Part shown: positions 47,768-56,479 of the stretch, piece by piece
How the letters are laid out: every line of letters starts with the position of its first letter
How positions within the stretch are numbered: position 1 is the first letter of the stretch
Translations under genes and position numbers: made by a program
The notes under the pieces: generated by a model
Database searches by the model: none
Told to the model about the DNA's origin: nothing
What the model saw: only the letters and a program-made list of their open reading frames with translations
IMG/VR virus record: IMGVR_UViG_3300030419_007436
Coordinates: 1 to 64,000 of that record
Length of the DNA: 64,000 nt
From: a virus
Strand: one strand, 5' to 3'

Positions 47768-48493
47768 TTAAATATATCCCCACTCTTTTAATTCATTAGC
47801 CAATATATCAGTAATTAAAGCATGATATTGTTCTGGCACTAGACTTTTCCAAGTACCATTTTTGCCTGTGTATAAATGATGCCCATGAATGTGTCTTTTA
47901 TGTAGTTTTTCTATGAGGCCTTTCTTTTGCAAATCTTCATATCCTGCCTCTTCTTCGTTCCACCCATCATGAAAATCTTTGTAGTTTTTCGATTCCTTTT
48001 TTTGAGAGGAGAAACAAAATTCTTTTTGTATATATTTTTTCTCTTCGTCCGTAATTTTTATCTCTAAAAAATTTTCAAGCTTTTCTAAAAGAAAATCAAA
48101 ATTAACATCGCCTTTTTCGCTATCAAAGAAATCTTCATATTTAAGAAAAAGTACTTCTCTATCTTTATTTTTAACATCATTTTTAAAGAAGTTTAAGTGT
48201 TGTACGGTTGTTTTTTGTGATTGTGCGTGGTTAACCATTTCATGTACGGTCATTTTTTTAGCGCCAGATGATTCGTCAAACCCTTCTTTTCTAAGACCGA
48301 GTGTGAACGTTCTCCAATGAGAAGTACAACAATCTCTAAAATCTCTATAAGTTGCAATTACTTTTTCATCTGAAGAAAAATAATTATGTTTCTGTGGTGA
48401 CGCTTGTCCTCCCCACAAATAATCAATAATATTATAAATTAAAGTTCCGCCGCTCCTGGGAACGCCAAACATTTTTGGTACATTACTACGCAT
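47768..48493 (-). CDS. PAPS-dependent sulfotransferase-like protein, 241 aa
   Basis: 5'-PSB loop GVPRSGGTL, 3'-PB motif TYRDFRDCCTS, LFLKYEDF, C-terminal GKNGTWK. Confidence 0.75.
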   Translation of the reverse strand: MRSNVPKMFGVPRSGGTLIYNIIDYLWGGQASPQKHNYFSSDEKVIATYRDFRDCCTSHWRTFTLGLRKEGFDESSGAKKMTVHEMVNHAQSQKTTVQHLNFFKNDVKNKDREVLFLKYEDFFDSEKGDVNFDFLLEKLENFLEIKITDEEKKYIQKEFCFSSQKKESKNYKDFHDGWNEEEAGYEDLQKKGLIEKLHKRHIHGHHLYTGKNGTWKSLVPEQYHALITDILANELKEWGYI

Positions 48494-49247
48494 CTTCTCT
48501 CCCTTCGAGATATCCTCTTTGTTTAATATATGTTGAACATTTAACAGCTAATCTTGCCCTGTCGTCCGCTTCTGCAGTGCCAGAGCGTGGTTTTGAAGGA
48601 TTTCCATAAAATGTATGCATATACAACGGTTCGTCTATAAAACCAACCGATGAATAGCCACCATCCCTTTTCCAGAGTCTGTATAATATAGGCAATGTCA
48701 TTGCGTGATCAGTTGCGATTTTAAACCACTCACCATTCCAATCTAAAAAATTATTCACAGAAATTTCTTTGAGCGCTTTGGCCTTAAAGGTAGACATGTG
48801 ACTTGTTATCCAGGCGCCAGTATATGGATTCCAATTATCATTGGGAATGGGACTGCTGCAGCCAAGTTGCCCATGTGTTAACAAATATCTACTATAAACA
48901 TATTCTAGTTTGTTATTCTCTTCGTATGTTTTCTTTATGGTTTCTAGAGCGGTGTTTCTTCCTAACCAATCATCGCTATCAACAATACAAACAATATCTT
49001 CAGGATCTCTGTCTATGGCGCTGTCGTATATGTTTTTAAGCCTGTATTTTCTTTCTTCGTTTATTTTTATATCAATGCCCTCAACACCTTTATATTTTTC
49101 TAGGTATGAAGCGGTATCATCATCGCTGATGTCATCTATAACGATATGAGATTTGGGTCTAACTGTTTGACTACGTACACTATCAATACAATTAACAACA
49201 AATTTATTCGCATTTCTGCCAGTAGAAATTACATATATATTACTCAT
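48486..49247 (-). CDS. GT2 family glycosyltransferase, 253 aa
   Basis: CIDSVRSQT, IVIDDISDDDT, IVDSDDWL (DxD), ATDHA. Confidence 0.85.
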   Translation of the reverse strand: MSNIYVISTGRNANKFVVNCIDSVRSQTVRPKSHIVIDDISDDDTASYLEKYKGVEGIDIKINEERKYRLKNIYDSAIDRDPEDIVCIVDSDDWLGRNTALETIKKTYEENNKLEYVYSRYLLTHGQLGCSSPIPNDNWNPYTGAWITSHMSTFKAKALKEISVNNFLDWNGEWFKIATDHAMTLPILYRLWKRDGGYSSVGFIDEPLYMHTFYGNPSKPRSGTAEADDRARLAVKCSTYIKQRGYLEGREDA

Positions 49248-50043
49248 TTATATATTCCTTAATAATATTCTCCCAGCCAGATATTTTCATTTTTGAAAGA
49301 TCATAAAGTTTGGAGGACATTTCTTCATATTTTTTACTTAGATAATTATAGTTTATGTCTTCCCAATTTTTAACAAATAAAATAGGAAGATCTTTAAATT
49401 CATTCATTGCGATGCTTTCTTTGACTATGGGAATGGTTCTCAAATATAAAGCTTCCCAAGTTCTATGGCAGTCCACGCCATTTCCTCGTGGAGAAAATAC
49501 GAACTTATGAGAGGCTATATCTCTATAATATTCTTTCCAAGATATATTCTTTTTATTAGTAACCCAACTCTCATTTTGAAACAAATCTAAAACGCGCTGT
49601 CTTTCTACGGGGTAAGTTTTGGGATTGATATTTAAGTATACAAAATTTTTGTGTTGTAGTTTCTCTTTGGCTACACCGTTTATGTACACCGCCTTCTCCA
49701 ATGAATTTTGGGGTTGTGATGAATATTTTCCAAGATGACTTGTCATATTAATTCTAAGGTTCATATTTTCTAAACCAATTGGAATTCCAATTAGCCTACT
49801 ATCTTTATAATCCTTGTTTTGAGCAAACCATTTTGTGACATTTTTAGGTATATAAGAGAATCGGTTTTCCTCAATATGATAATCACTATTGTGTGTGACA
49901 AAAACAGACTGTTCTGTGTTGGTATACTCTGTTAAAAAATCTGTTTTACAAAAAGTTATATTTAAATTTTCACATATATCTATAAATTTATTGCCTGTAA
50001 TATATTCTTTTATATCAATATTGTGTTCTAAAAAATTCTCCAT
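49240..50043 (-). CDS. Exostosin (GT47)-like glycosyltransferase, 267 aa
   Basis: HKFVFSPRGNGVDCHRTWEALYL..IPIV. Confidence 0.75.
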   Translation of the reverse strand: MENFLEHNIDIKEYITGNKFIDICENLNITFCKTDFLTEYTNTEQSVFVTHNSDYHIEENRFSYIPKNVTKWFAQNKDYKDSRLIGIPIGLENMNLRINMTSHLGKYSSQPQNSLEKAVYINGVAKEKLQHKNFVYLNINPKTYPVERQRVLDLFQNESWVTNKKNISWKEYYRDIASHKFVFSPRGNGVDCHRTWEALYLRTIPIVKESIAMNEFKDLPILFVKNWEDINYNYLSKKYEEMSSKLYDLSKMKISGWENIIKEYINE

Positions 50044-50880
50044 TTACACTAGCTCTACAAATTTCTGTTTATATCCTTCAAAATAGGCGCGCTCTAATTC
50101 TGAAAAAACCAGAGACATAATTATTTTAGTGTCCGCCCATATTTCATCTTTATATGGATCTCTATGTAGGTGTACATCAATTACACTGCTGCTTATACAT
50201 TGCATAAATGTCTCTTTCCAAGCACCTCTATCAATTCTTCCGTTTCTCATTCCATATTGGTTTCCGCCGCGCTCAAACATTTGACAATTGTTTGGATAAT
50301 ATTTACTTTCGAAAACTCTTTTAGTTAATATATATTCATCTAAATTCCAACCTTGATCCCAGGTCGATTCCTTAGATAGCATTTTAGAAAGACAATCAGA
50401 CAGGTTTTCTCTCAATGATTTATCACTTATCCCAATCACCTCTTTCCAGATCTTTGCTTTCATTCCTATGTTTCCAATTTTTAAACGTGTATAGTTTGTT
50501 TCATCCGGATCAAATATGTGAATGTCTTTTGAAAAATCTTGCTGATTGAACCATTTGTCTGATATAACAAATTTATCCATATCGTCTGTTATAAGATAAT
50601 CATCATCATTAAATAAAGGATCTGCAGCTGCAAATAACCTTGAGATTTGGGCAACATTACAAGTTCTATATCCCTCAATATGTTTAAAATGATTTATGTG
50701 GGCGCCCACTTTTTCGGCGCTAGTTAAAATCAAATTTAAAATATCGGGAGATATATCGTTGTTATCAACCAAAACAACATAAGGGTGATAGCCCAGCTTT
50801 TTCCAAAAAGCACATGTAATTGGAACAAAAAACAAATAATCTGTATTTGAGTCTACGGATAAGACTGAATATTTTTTCAT
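50044..50880 (-). CDS. Hypothetical protein (possible glycosyltransferase), ~278 aa
   Basis: ORF track gives 50044..50898. The start is more likely the ATG at 50880 (MKKYSVLS), an ATGA overlap. It has AQISRLF and YLITDDMDKF (DxD-like); assignment from context only. Confidence 0.55.
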   Translation of the reverse strand: MKKYSVLSVDSNTDYLFFVPITCAFWKKLGYHPYVVLVDNNDISPDILNLILTSAEKVGAHINHFKHIEGYRTCNVAQISRLFAAADPLFNDDDYLITDDMDKFVISDKWFNQQDFSKDIHIFDPDETNYTRLKIGNIGMKAKIWKEVIGISDKSLRENLSDCLSKMLSKESTWDQGWNLDEYILTKRVFESKYYPNNCQMFERGGNQYGMRNGRIDRGAWKETFMQCISSSVIDVHLHRDPYKDEIWADTKIIMSLVFSELERAYFEGYKQKFVELV

Positions 50881-52418
50881 TTTAACCTCTCTACGCAAAG
50901 TCTTCTTTTTTTGGAATTTTTACACTCGCCAGTTTTTAAATTAAACTTCCAATTATGAAGTGGACAAACCAAGTTATCATTCTCATCAACAAACCCTGTT
51001 GTTTCTAGGTCTGCGAGCATATGAGGACAATATTTCTGAACCTTATATTTATCACCTTTGTGTTCTAAAATAAAATTTTCTTCTGTTGATACTCTTTGGT
51101 TATAAAGACTTTCAGATATTCTTAATCTTGTGTTGTCCATATTTCTTAGTAGAGCAAACAAAATATCATCATATTCATCTGGTCTTCTATATGCTTTAAA
51201 CTTCAAGCTTAAAAAATAATAGTCAAAATCAATAAATTTATTTCCCAATATATGTGCCAATAGGGCACCATCAAAAGAGAAGTGATATCGACAATCTTCA
51301 TTTTCATATTTTTTAAAACACCTTTCCTCATCTTCAGAAAAATTTACAACCCATTTATTTCCATCTATTTCAAATAAAATAGGATAATTTAATTTATTTT
51401 TATATATTTTAGAATTTTTTACAACTTGAATCGTTCTATATCTTAGTAAATCTTCAGCACCGTAGCCAGATTTGATTTCTACGGTTGCAACTCCCTTTTT
51501 CAACTCAAGTCTTTTTTCTTTAACATATTTGTTTATATATTCATCAACATTTTGATATATTTTGTGGCTTTCTTCCGTGTCACATAAAAATTCAATCTGT
51601 TTCTTATCTAATTTAATTATATCATTTGGTATAACCAAATGAGCGTTATGGCCACTATCTTTTATATATTGTACACCTTCATCCATTAAAGGAAAAGGAT
51701 TATGTTTCTTTGCCCTTTCATGATTCCATCTAGATTCTTCTACCCCTGAAAATATTGGGGGCCCTGCGCACGGTATAATATTTTTTGCTTTTGTCCACTT
51801 GGCATAGTTTACCGACCTTTTTAGTACGCCTTCTCTTTTTTTCTCGCATACAGAATTCATCTTTTCTTCTTCATAATTATAAACACATGGCCACCATAGC
51901 GCACTGGAACACTGAAGCATAAGTACATCAATTTGTTTCATTTCTTTAAACTTTTCTGGTTTTAGATGGCAGTCATTTAAGTTCAATATCGTGCTGTGTT
52001 CGTCTTCAACGTATATACAAGAATCCTTGTCTAAATAATCTTCTTCTTTGAATATTTTAATTTTTAAGTTTTTCTTAAAATATGTGTCATCTTCCTCCAT
52101 TTCAAGAATATTTGTAAATCCCATACTTTTTAGTTCGTATTTTAAAGAAAAGTCTTTAAATTTGGGAATACAGACTTGCACATCTTTGTTTATCTTTTGT
52201 AGTGTCCATGGGTCATAATGATCTGCGTGAGAGTGAGAAATATATAGAACGTCTACATCTTTAGTTATTTCTTTAATATCTACATTATCTATCCTGGGAA
52301 ACTGAAGCCAACTAGAAAAAAATGTACCGTCTGGGTTTAACCAGGGATCACATAAAATTTTTATACCATTGTTTTTAATAGACCACCCAGCGTGTCCTAA
52401 GTATTGTATTTCAAACAT
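50877..52418 (-). CDS. MBL-fold protein with a C-terminal Rieske [2Fe-2S] domain (CMP-Neu5Ac hydroxylase-like), 513 aa
   Basis: YLGHAG, ILCDPWL...FFSSW..FP, LYISHSHADH, ILNLNDC, PCAGPP; C-terminal Rieske CPH-x(17)-CPLHNWKF. Confidence 0.8.
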   Translation of the reverse strand: MFEIQYLGHAGWSIKNNGIKILCDPWLNPDGTFFSSWLQFPRIDNVDIKEITKDVDVLYISHSHADHYDPWTLQKINKDVQVCIPKFKDFSLKYELKSMGFTNILEMEEDDTYFKKNLKIKIFKEEDYLDKDSCIYVEDEHSTILNLNDCHLKPEKFKEMKQIDVLMLQCSSALWWPCVYNYEEEKMNSVCEKKREGVLKRSVNYAKWTKAKNIIPCAGPPIFSGVEESRWNHERAKKHNPFPLMDEGVQYIKDSGHNAHLVIPNDIIKLDKKQIEFLCDTEESHKIYQNVDEYINKYVKEKRLELKKGVATVEIKSGYGAEDLLRYRTIQVVKNSKIYKNKLNYPILFEIDGNKWVVNFSEDEERCFKKYENEDCRYHFSFDGALLAHILGNKFIDFDYYFLSLKFKAYRRPDEYDDILFALLRNMDNTRLRISESLYNQRVSTEENFILEHKGDKYKVQKYCPHMLADLETTGFVDENDNLVCPLHNWKFNLKTGECKNSKKRRLCVERLK

Positions 52419-53232
52419 CTAATTTTTGCCTTACAGTATCGCTAACAAATCTACAATCTCCAAATTTTGACATTCTAGAAAATAAAACAATTTTATTTGG
52501 ATCTAAAGTATAAGATGGATCAAAAGATACTAATGTCTGCTGATCTCCGTATTTATTAAGTATATCACTTTCATAGTCCTGTTGTAAATTATATTTTTCT
52601 ATCAGTAACGATAAAATAGACTGATCCTGACGATGTTCTATACATAGTGATTCTGGTCCGTCAGGTTTTTTAACAGTTGTATCGGGGCCTATTATTTCTA
52701 AATTTAATGAACAATTATACATTTCATTAATAAATTGAGAGTTTGTATGATTTGATTCATAACATTGATACCCGGCCCAATATTGGGGGGCGTCGCGATA
52801 TCTTTCACTATCACACCCCATTTGTGTAAAACAAGCTTCAGTGGTCCAATATTTATTTTTTAATTGTTCTGGATGATATTTTAAAAACAAGCAGCCACTC
52901 TTTTTAACGTCTTTTTTAAGCTCAACTGTCATATTAACAAATGCATTTGTAGCATCAGAGTAAATGAAGTCATGGCCAAATTTCGAAGCGCCATGGATTG
53001 CGGCGACTTTATAGAAAAACATTCTAGGAGAGTGAGCATAATCGCAGACTCTTTCCACTTCTTTTAATATTATTTGAGATCCATATCTGTTTTGTAAAAA
53101 ATCTAAATAAACCTCATCTAAATCAAAATAATAGAATAAAATTTCTTTGTTAAAAGAGTTGTGTTTGTAGCTTTCAATTAAATTAATGGAAGAAAGAAAA
53201 AACTTATTATTTGTTACAGTAGAGAGTATCAT
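52411..53232 (-). CDS. DUF1647-like putative glycosyltransferase, 273 aa
   Basis: FYYFDL, FFYKV..I, IYSDA, CIEHRQDQSILSLL (compare the HRxDQS motif). Confidence 0.6.
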   Translation of the reverse strand: MILSTVTNNKFFLSSINLIESYKHNSFNKEILFYYFDLDEVYLDFLQNRYGSQIILKEVERVCDYAHSPRMFFYKVAAIHGASKFGHDFIYSDATNAFVNMTVELKKDVKKSGCLFLKYHPEQLKNKYWTTEACFTQMGCDSERYRDAPQYWAGYQCYESNHTNSQFINEMYNCSLNLEIIGPDTTVKKPDGPESLCIEHRQDQSILSLLIEKYNLQQDYESDILNKYGDQQTLVSFDPSYTLDPNKIVLFSRMSKFGDCRFVSDTVRQKLDV

Positions 53233-55202
53233 GCATCTTTATATTTCTCGTATACTTCTTCTTCTTCTTTTCTTTTCCAAGAGAAATTTTCAGGATTTGT
53301 TGAAATTCCTGTAGGATTAAAATAATATAATCCAAGAGGATTAGAATTAATTTTCTTATACGTAGACCCTTTTGAAGCCGCTCTCAACCACATTTCCCAA
53401 TCCCCTGCAGATTTGTATTTTTGATCAAACAATCCAGCCTCTTTATGTAAAGATTTTCTCCACATTGGAGAAGAGTGAGGCATGTTAATCATCTTGAGAT
53501 TATCAAAAGAGAATTCTGGAAAATTATACCTTCTTTCATTTGAGGAATTTTGTTCCCATGTTTCATTTGGTTTGTCAGTTATTAACATATCCGCATAAAC
53601 TAAATCAATGTCTGAATTTTTATATAGTTCTTTTGCATGTGCCTCCAAAGACCAAGGAGCCTTTCTATCATCTAAGTTTGCATTTGTTAGATATTCTCCA
53701 CTTGACATTTCAACACCCATATTCCAAACACTATAAATGCCCGGATCAGAATCAAGTTTCTTATAAACTATATTATCAGGATATTTTTCTAAATACTCGT
53801 TGATTACTTCTTCTTCATTGTGAGGAGAGTTAGCATTAATCAAAATTAATTCACATTTATCCTTAAAGATAGTTTGTCTAGTAATGTCTTCTAGGAATGA
53901 CTTAATAAATTCATCCCCTTTATAAACAGATGTTATGATAGAGACTTTTGGTAGTTCATTAGAAGACACGGAAACCAATTTTTCTCCGGCAATCAATTCA
54001 GCCATTTTTGCATACTGATCTTCTTCTTTAAAATTTTCAACTACAAATTTTTTAAGATCTTTTGCCTGCTTTTTAAACCGACCATATTCCTTATACATTT
54101 CTCTAAGGCGCATTTTATATGAACCTTGTTGTGGATAACACCACATAGAATTTTTTTCTAATACCCCTTCCCAAACGCTACTTTCTGGAATCGGTTTAAT
54201 ATCATAATCTATTCGAGAGAAATGCGGGCGCATTTTTACTTTGCCGCTCTTTTTCTCTTTTTTTGGAGCAAAAAGAAAATCAACATGACCACTCCATTCT
54301 GGCGCCATCACAGGAAGGCCGGAATAAGCAGCTTCAAATATCGGCAGACCGAAACCTTCGCCATGAGCTAAAGAAACAAGTGCTTTAATTTGTGGATGTT
54401 TATATAGAGAGTGCATTTGTTGATCTGACATATCGCCATGAAGAAGATATATCTTACACTTTCTATTTTCATACTTGGATATAAACTTTGTTAATTTATC
54501 TACTGCATCATATCTATCACTTATTGAGTTTCCAGTTGCAAATGTTTTAACCACCAAGCCAACATCAGGGTTGTCAATAAATTCTTCCATAAACCAACTA
54601 ATCGTGTTTTCCAAATTTTTTCTTGGCCCCCATTGGGCAACAGTAAGAAAATTAAATTTAGAACTCAACTCTAAATCCAAATCAACTTCTTCATATTCCT
54701 TAACTGGGTAATGTACAACAGATATTTCTTTGTTGCACGAAAGTGTCATTTTTTGACCAGTTTCTTTATCAACCCCTTGATATGAAGACGCTTGATATAC
54801 ATTTTTTGAATGGCTCGATACAGTAATTACCCTATCCATCATATTCGCTTTTTCTAACCAAACTGGGGCAACTCTATTCGTTTCAATACCAGCCGTAATT
54901 CCAACATTAACCGGCGCCATTTTTTGCCATTCATTGGGAATTGTTACTTGTATGCTCATATCAAACCGAACATCTCCTTTAGTTTCAGTTTGATAATTAG
55001 CTGTTTTTTTGACCAAGGTGTCAAACCATTGTCGTTCTTCATCATCTGCAGATATCCATCCACATTGTCCCCAATTAACTGGTAAAACATAAAGGTCAAA
55101 GATGTCTTCATGTTTTCTCAGTGATCGGAGTACAAAACGTCCATGTTCACCATATCCAGAGCGCGTCAAAAAAGGTGCTCTTACTATTACTTTCTTTTTC
55201 AC
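53229..55202 (-). CDS. GT4-GT2 fusion glycosyltransferase, ~657 aa
   Basis: N-terminal GT-B: SGYGEH.R, WGPRKN, HGEGFGLPIFEAAYSGLPVMA..WSGH. C-terminal GT-A: VSIITSVYKG, GEYLTNANLDDR, GDWEMWLR. The likely start is the GTG at 55202 (GTGA overlap, SD AAGGAG); the track gives 55223. Confidence 0.88.
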   Translation of the reverse strand: MKKKVIVRAPFLTRSGYGEHGRFVLRSLRKHEDIFDLYVLPVNWGQCGWISADDEERQWFDTLVKKTANYQTETKGDVRFDMSIQVTIPNEWQKMAPVNVGITAGIETNRVAPVWLEKANMMDRVITVSSHSKNVYQASSYQGVDKETGQKMTLSCNKEISVVHYPVKEYEEVDLDLELSSKFNFLTVAQWGPRKNLENTISWFMEEFIDNPDVGLVVKTFATGNSISDRYDAVDKLTKFISKYENRKCKIYLLHGDMSDQQMHSLYKHPQIKALVSLAHGEGFGLPIFEAAYSGLPVMAPEWSGHVDFLFAPKKEKKSGKVKMRPHFSRIDYDIKPIPESSVWEGVLEKNSMWCYPQQGSYKMRLREMYKEYGRFKKQAKDLKKFVVENFKEEDQYAKMAELIAGEKLVSVSSNELPKVSIITSVYKGDEFIKSFLEDITRQTIFKDKCELILINANSPHNEEEVINEYLEKYPDNIVYKKLDSDPGIYSVWNMGVEMSSGEYLTNANLDDRKAPWSLEAHAKELYKNSDIDLVYADMLITDKPNETWEQNSSNERRYNFPEFSFDNLKMINMPHSSPMWRKSLHKEAGLFDQKYKSAGDWEMWLRAASKGSTYKKINSNPLGLYYFNPTGISTNPENFSWKRKEEEEVYEKYKDA

Positions 55203-56470
55203 GATATCTCCTTGATTTCCCAATTCTTATAGCCCTTTCTTTCTCCCCAAGAGCCCATTTCTTCGTAAACCATTGTAAATATTTCATCCCACTGTTTAGA
55301 AAAATCATTAAAATTATAATTTTCTATTACATGCTGGCGCCCTGCGGCGCCAAGCGCTCTTCGATCTTCTTCTTTCATATTATACATTTTTTCGAGCGCG
55401 GCGACGACGACATCTTCAGATAGTCGATCTTCATATATCCATGGAATATCTTGAGAACCAATAATCGCCTTAGATGTTGGTTCTAAACCAATGCCAAACC
55501 AATTTTCCCCATCCGTCACTTGTTCTTGTAAACCACCCGTCATATTTACAATGATTGGTGTTTCACAAGCTAAAGATTCAAGAGTTGCTAAACCAAATCC
55601 TTCAGCATCTGATATGTTGATAGTACAGTCTGCAATATTATACATAACAGCTAATGTTTCTGGGTCAACTTTCTGGCGAGAGAACAGTACTTCTCCGTTT
55701 GTTAAACCAAGCTCAGAAACTATTAATTCCAAATCTTGACCATGTTGATCTTTTGTATCTGTGTGCATTATTAAAACAGCATTTTCTTTACCAACTTTTT
55801 CCAAAAACTTTGCGTACCAATAAATTAAAGTACCACTTTGTTTTCTACGAGCGTTTCTATTGTTCCAAAAAAAGACGAACTTATTGGGGTCATAGTTATC
55901 TCCAAACGACCTTGATGCAAACTCTTTTACACGCTCTTCATCATATCTTTTATAAGAGTCAGTATCAACAGCGTGTGGTAAGTATACAGACTTTACATTT
56001 GGAGAGACTTTTTTAACAATATCATCAGTAACTTTTGATATTGTCACAATTAAATCGTTTGATTCATACCACTTTTTGTTATATGTTGGAAGAGGATAAT
56101 TGTCCCACACATGATAATATACCATCGGAACAAGTGGTCTAATTTCATTTTCTATTCCCCAAAGCCATGGCCAAAACCTAGGATCAGTCATAAACCATAA
56201 AATGTCGGGCCTTTCCTGTCGCACAATAGATCTTATCATATCTGGATTTCCATAACCTTCCACGGGAAGAGTAATCCAATCATCTTTCCATTCTTCTGTT
56301 TTTATCGGATTAAAATCAGGGTGGTGCATTGCGCCGCCTAAACTAAAAAATTTATATTTTCCAGTTTTAAGCATATTCTCTATAATATATCTTGTTTGGT
56401 TGCCAACGCCGGATGGCGCGAATGGCATATCACTAATAGTTAATATTTTAATTTTATTCGTGTCAGACAA
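55199..56470 (-). CDS. GT4 family glycosyltransferase, 423 aa
   Basis: PSGVGNQ, LPHAVD, NNRNARRKQ, SDAEGFGLATLESLACETPII; TTG start with a GAGGG SD. Confidence 0.9.
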   Translation of the reverse strand: MSDTNKIKILTISDMPFAPSGVGNQTRYIIENMLKTGKYKFFSLGGAMHHPDFNPIKTEEWKDDWITLPVEGYGNPDMIRSIVRQERPDILWFMTDPRFWPWLWGIENEIRPLVPMVYYHVWDNYPLPTYNKKWYESNDLIVTISKVTDDIVKKVSPNVKSVYLPHAVDTDSYKRYDEERVKEFASRSFGDNYDPNKFVFFWNNRNARRKQSGTLIYWYAKFLEKVGKENAVLIMHTDTKDQHGQDLELIVSELGLTNGEVLFSRQKVDPETLAVMYNIADCTINISDAEGFGLATLESLACETPIIVNMTGGLQEQVTDGENWFGIGLEPTSKAIIGSQDIPWIYEDRLSEDVVVAALEKMYNMKEEDRRALGAAGRQHVIENYNFNDFSKQWDEIFTMVYEEMGSWGERKGYKNWEIKEIS

Positions 56471-56479
56471 TTTTCCCTC

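Noticed and set aside
35425-56470. Reading the window as a cellular O-antigen/capsule locus next to a tailocin, or as a eukaryotic giant virus
   Set aside because: There are no export genes or housekeeping context. Giant ORFans, gp6/gp25 baseplate genes, SD motifs, a sigma factor, PhoH and tmRNA together fit a large bacteriophage better. No capsid or terminase gene is in view to confirm this.
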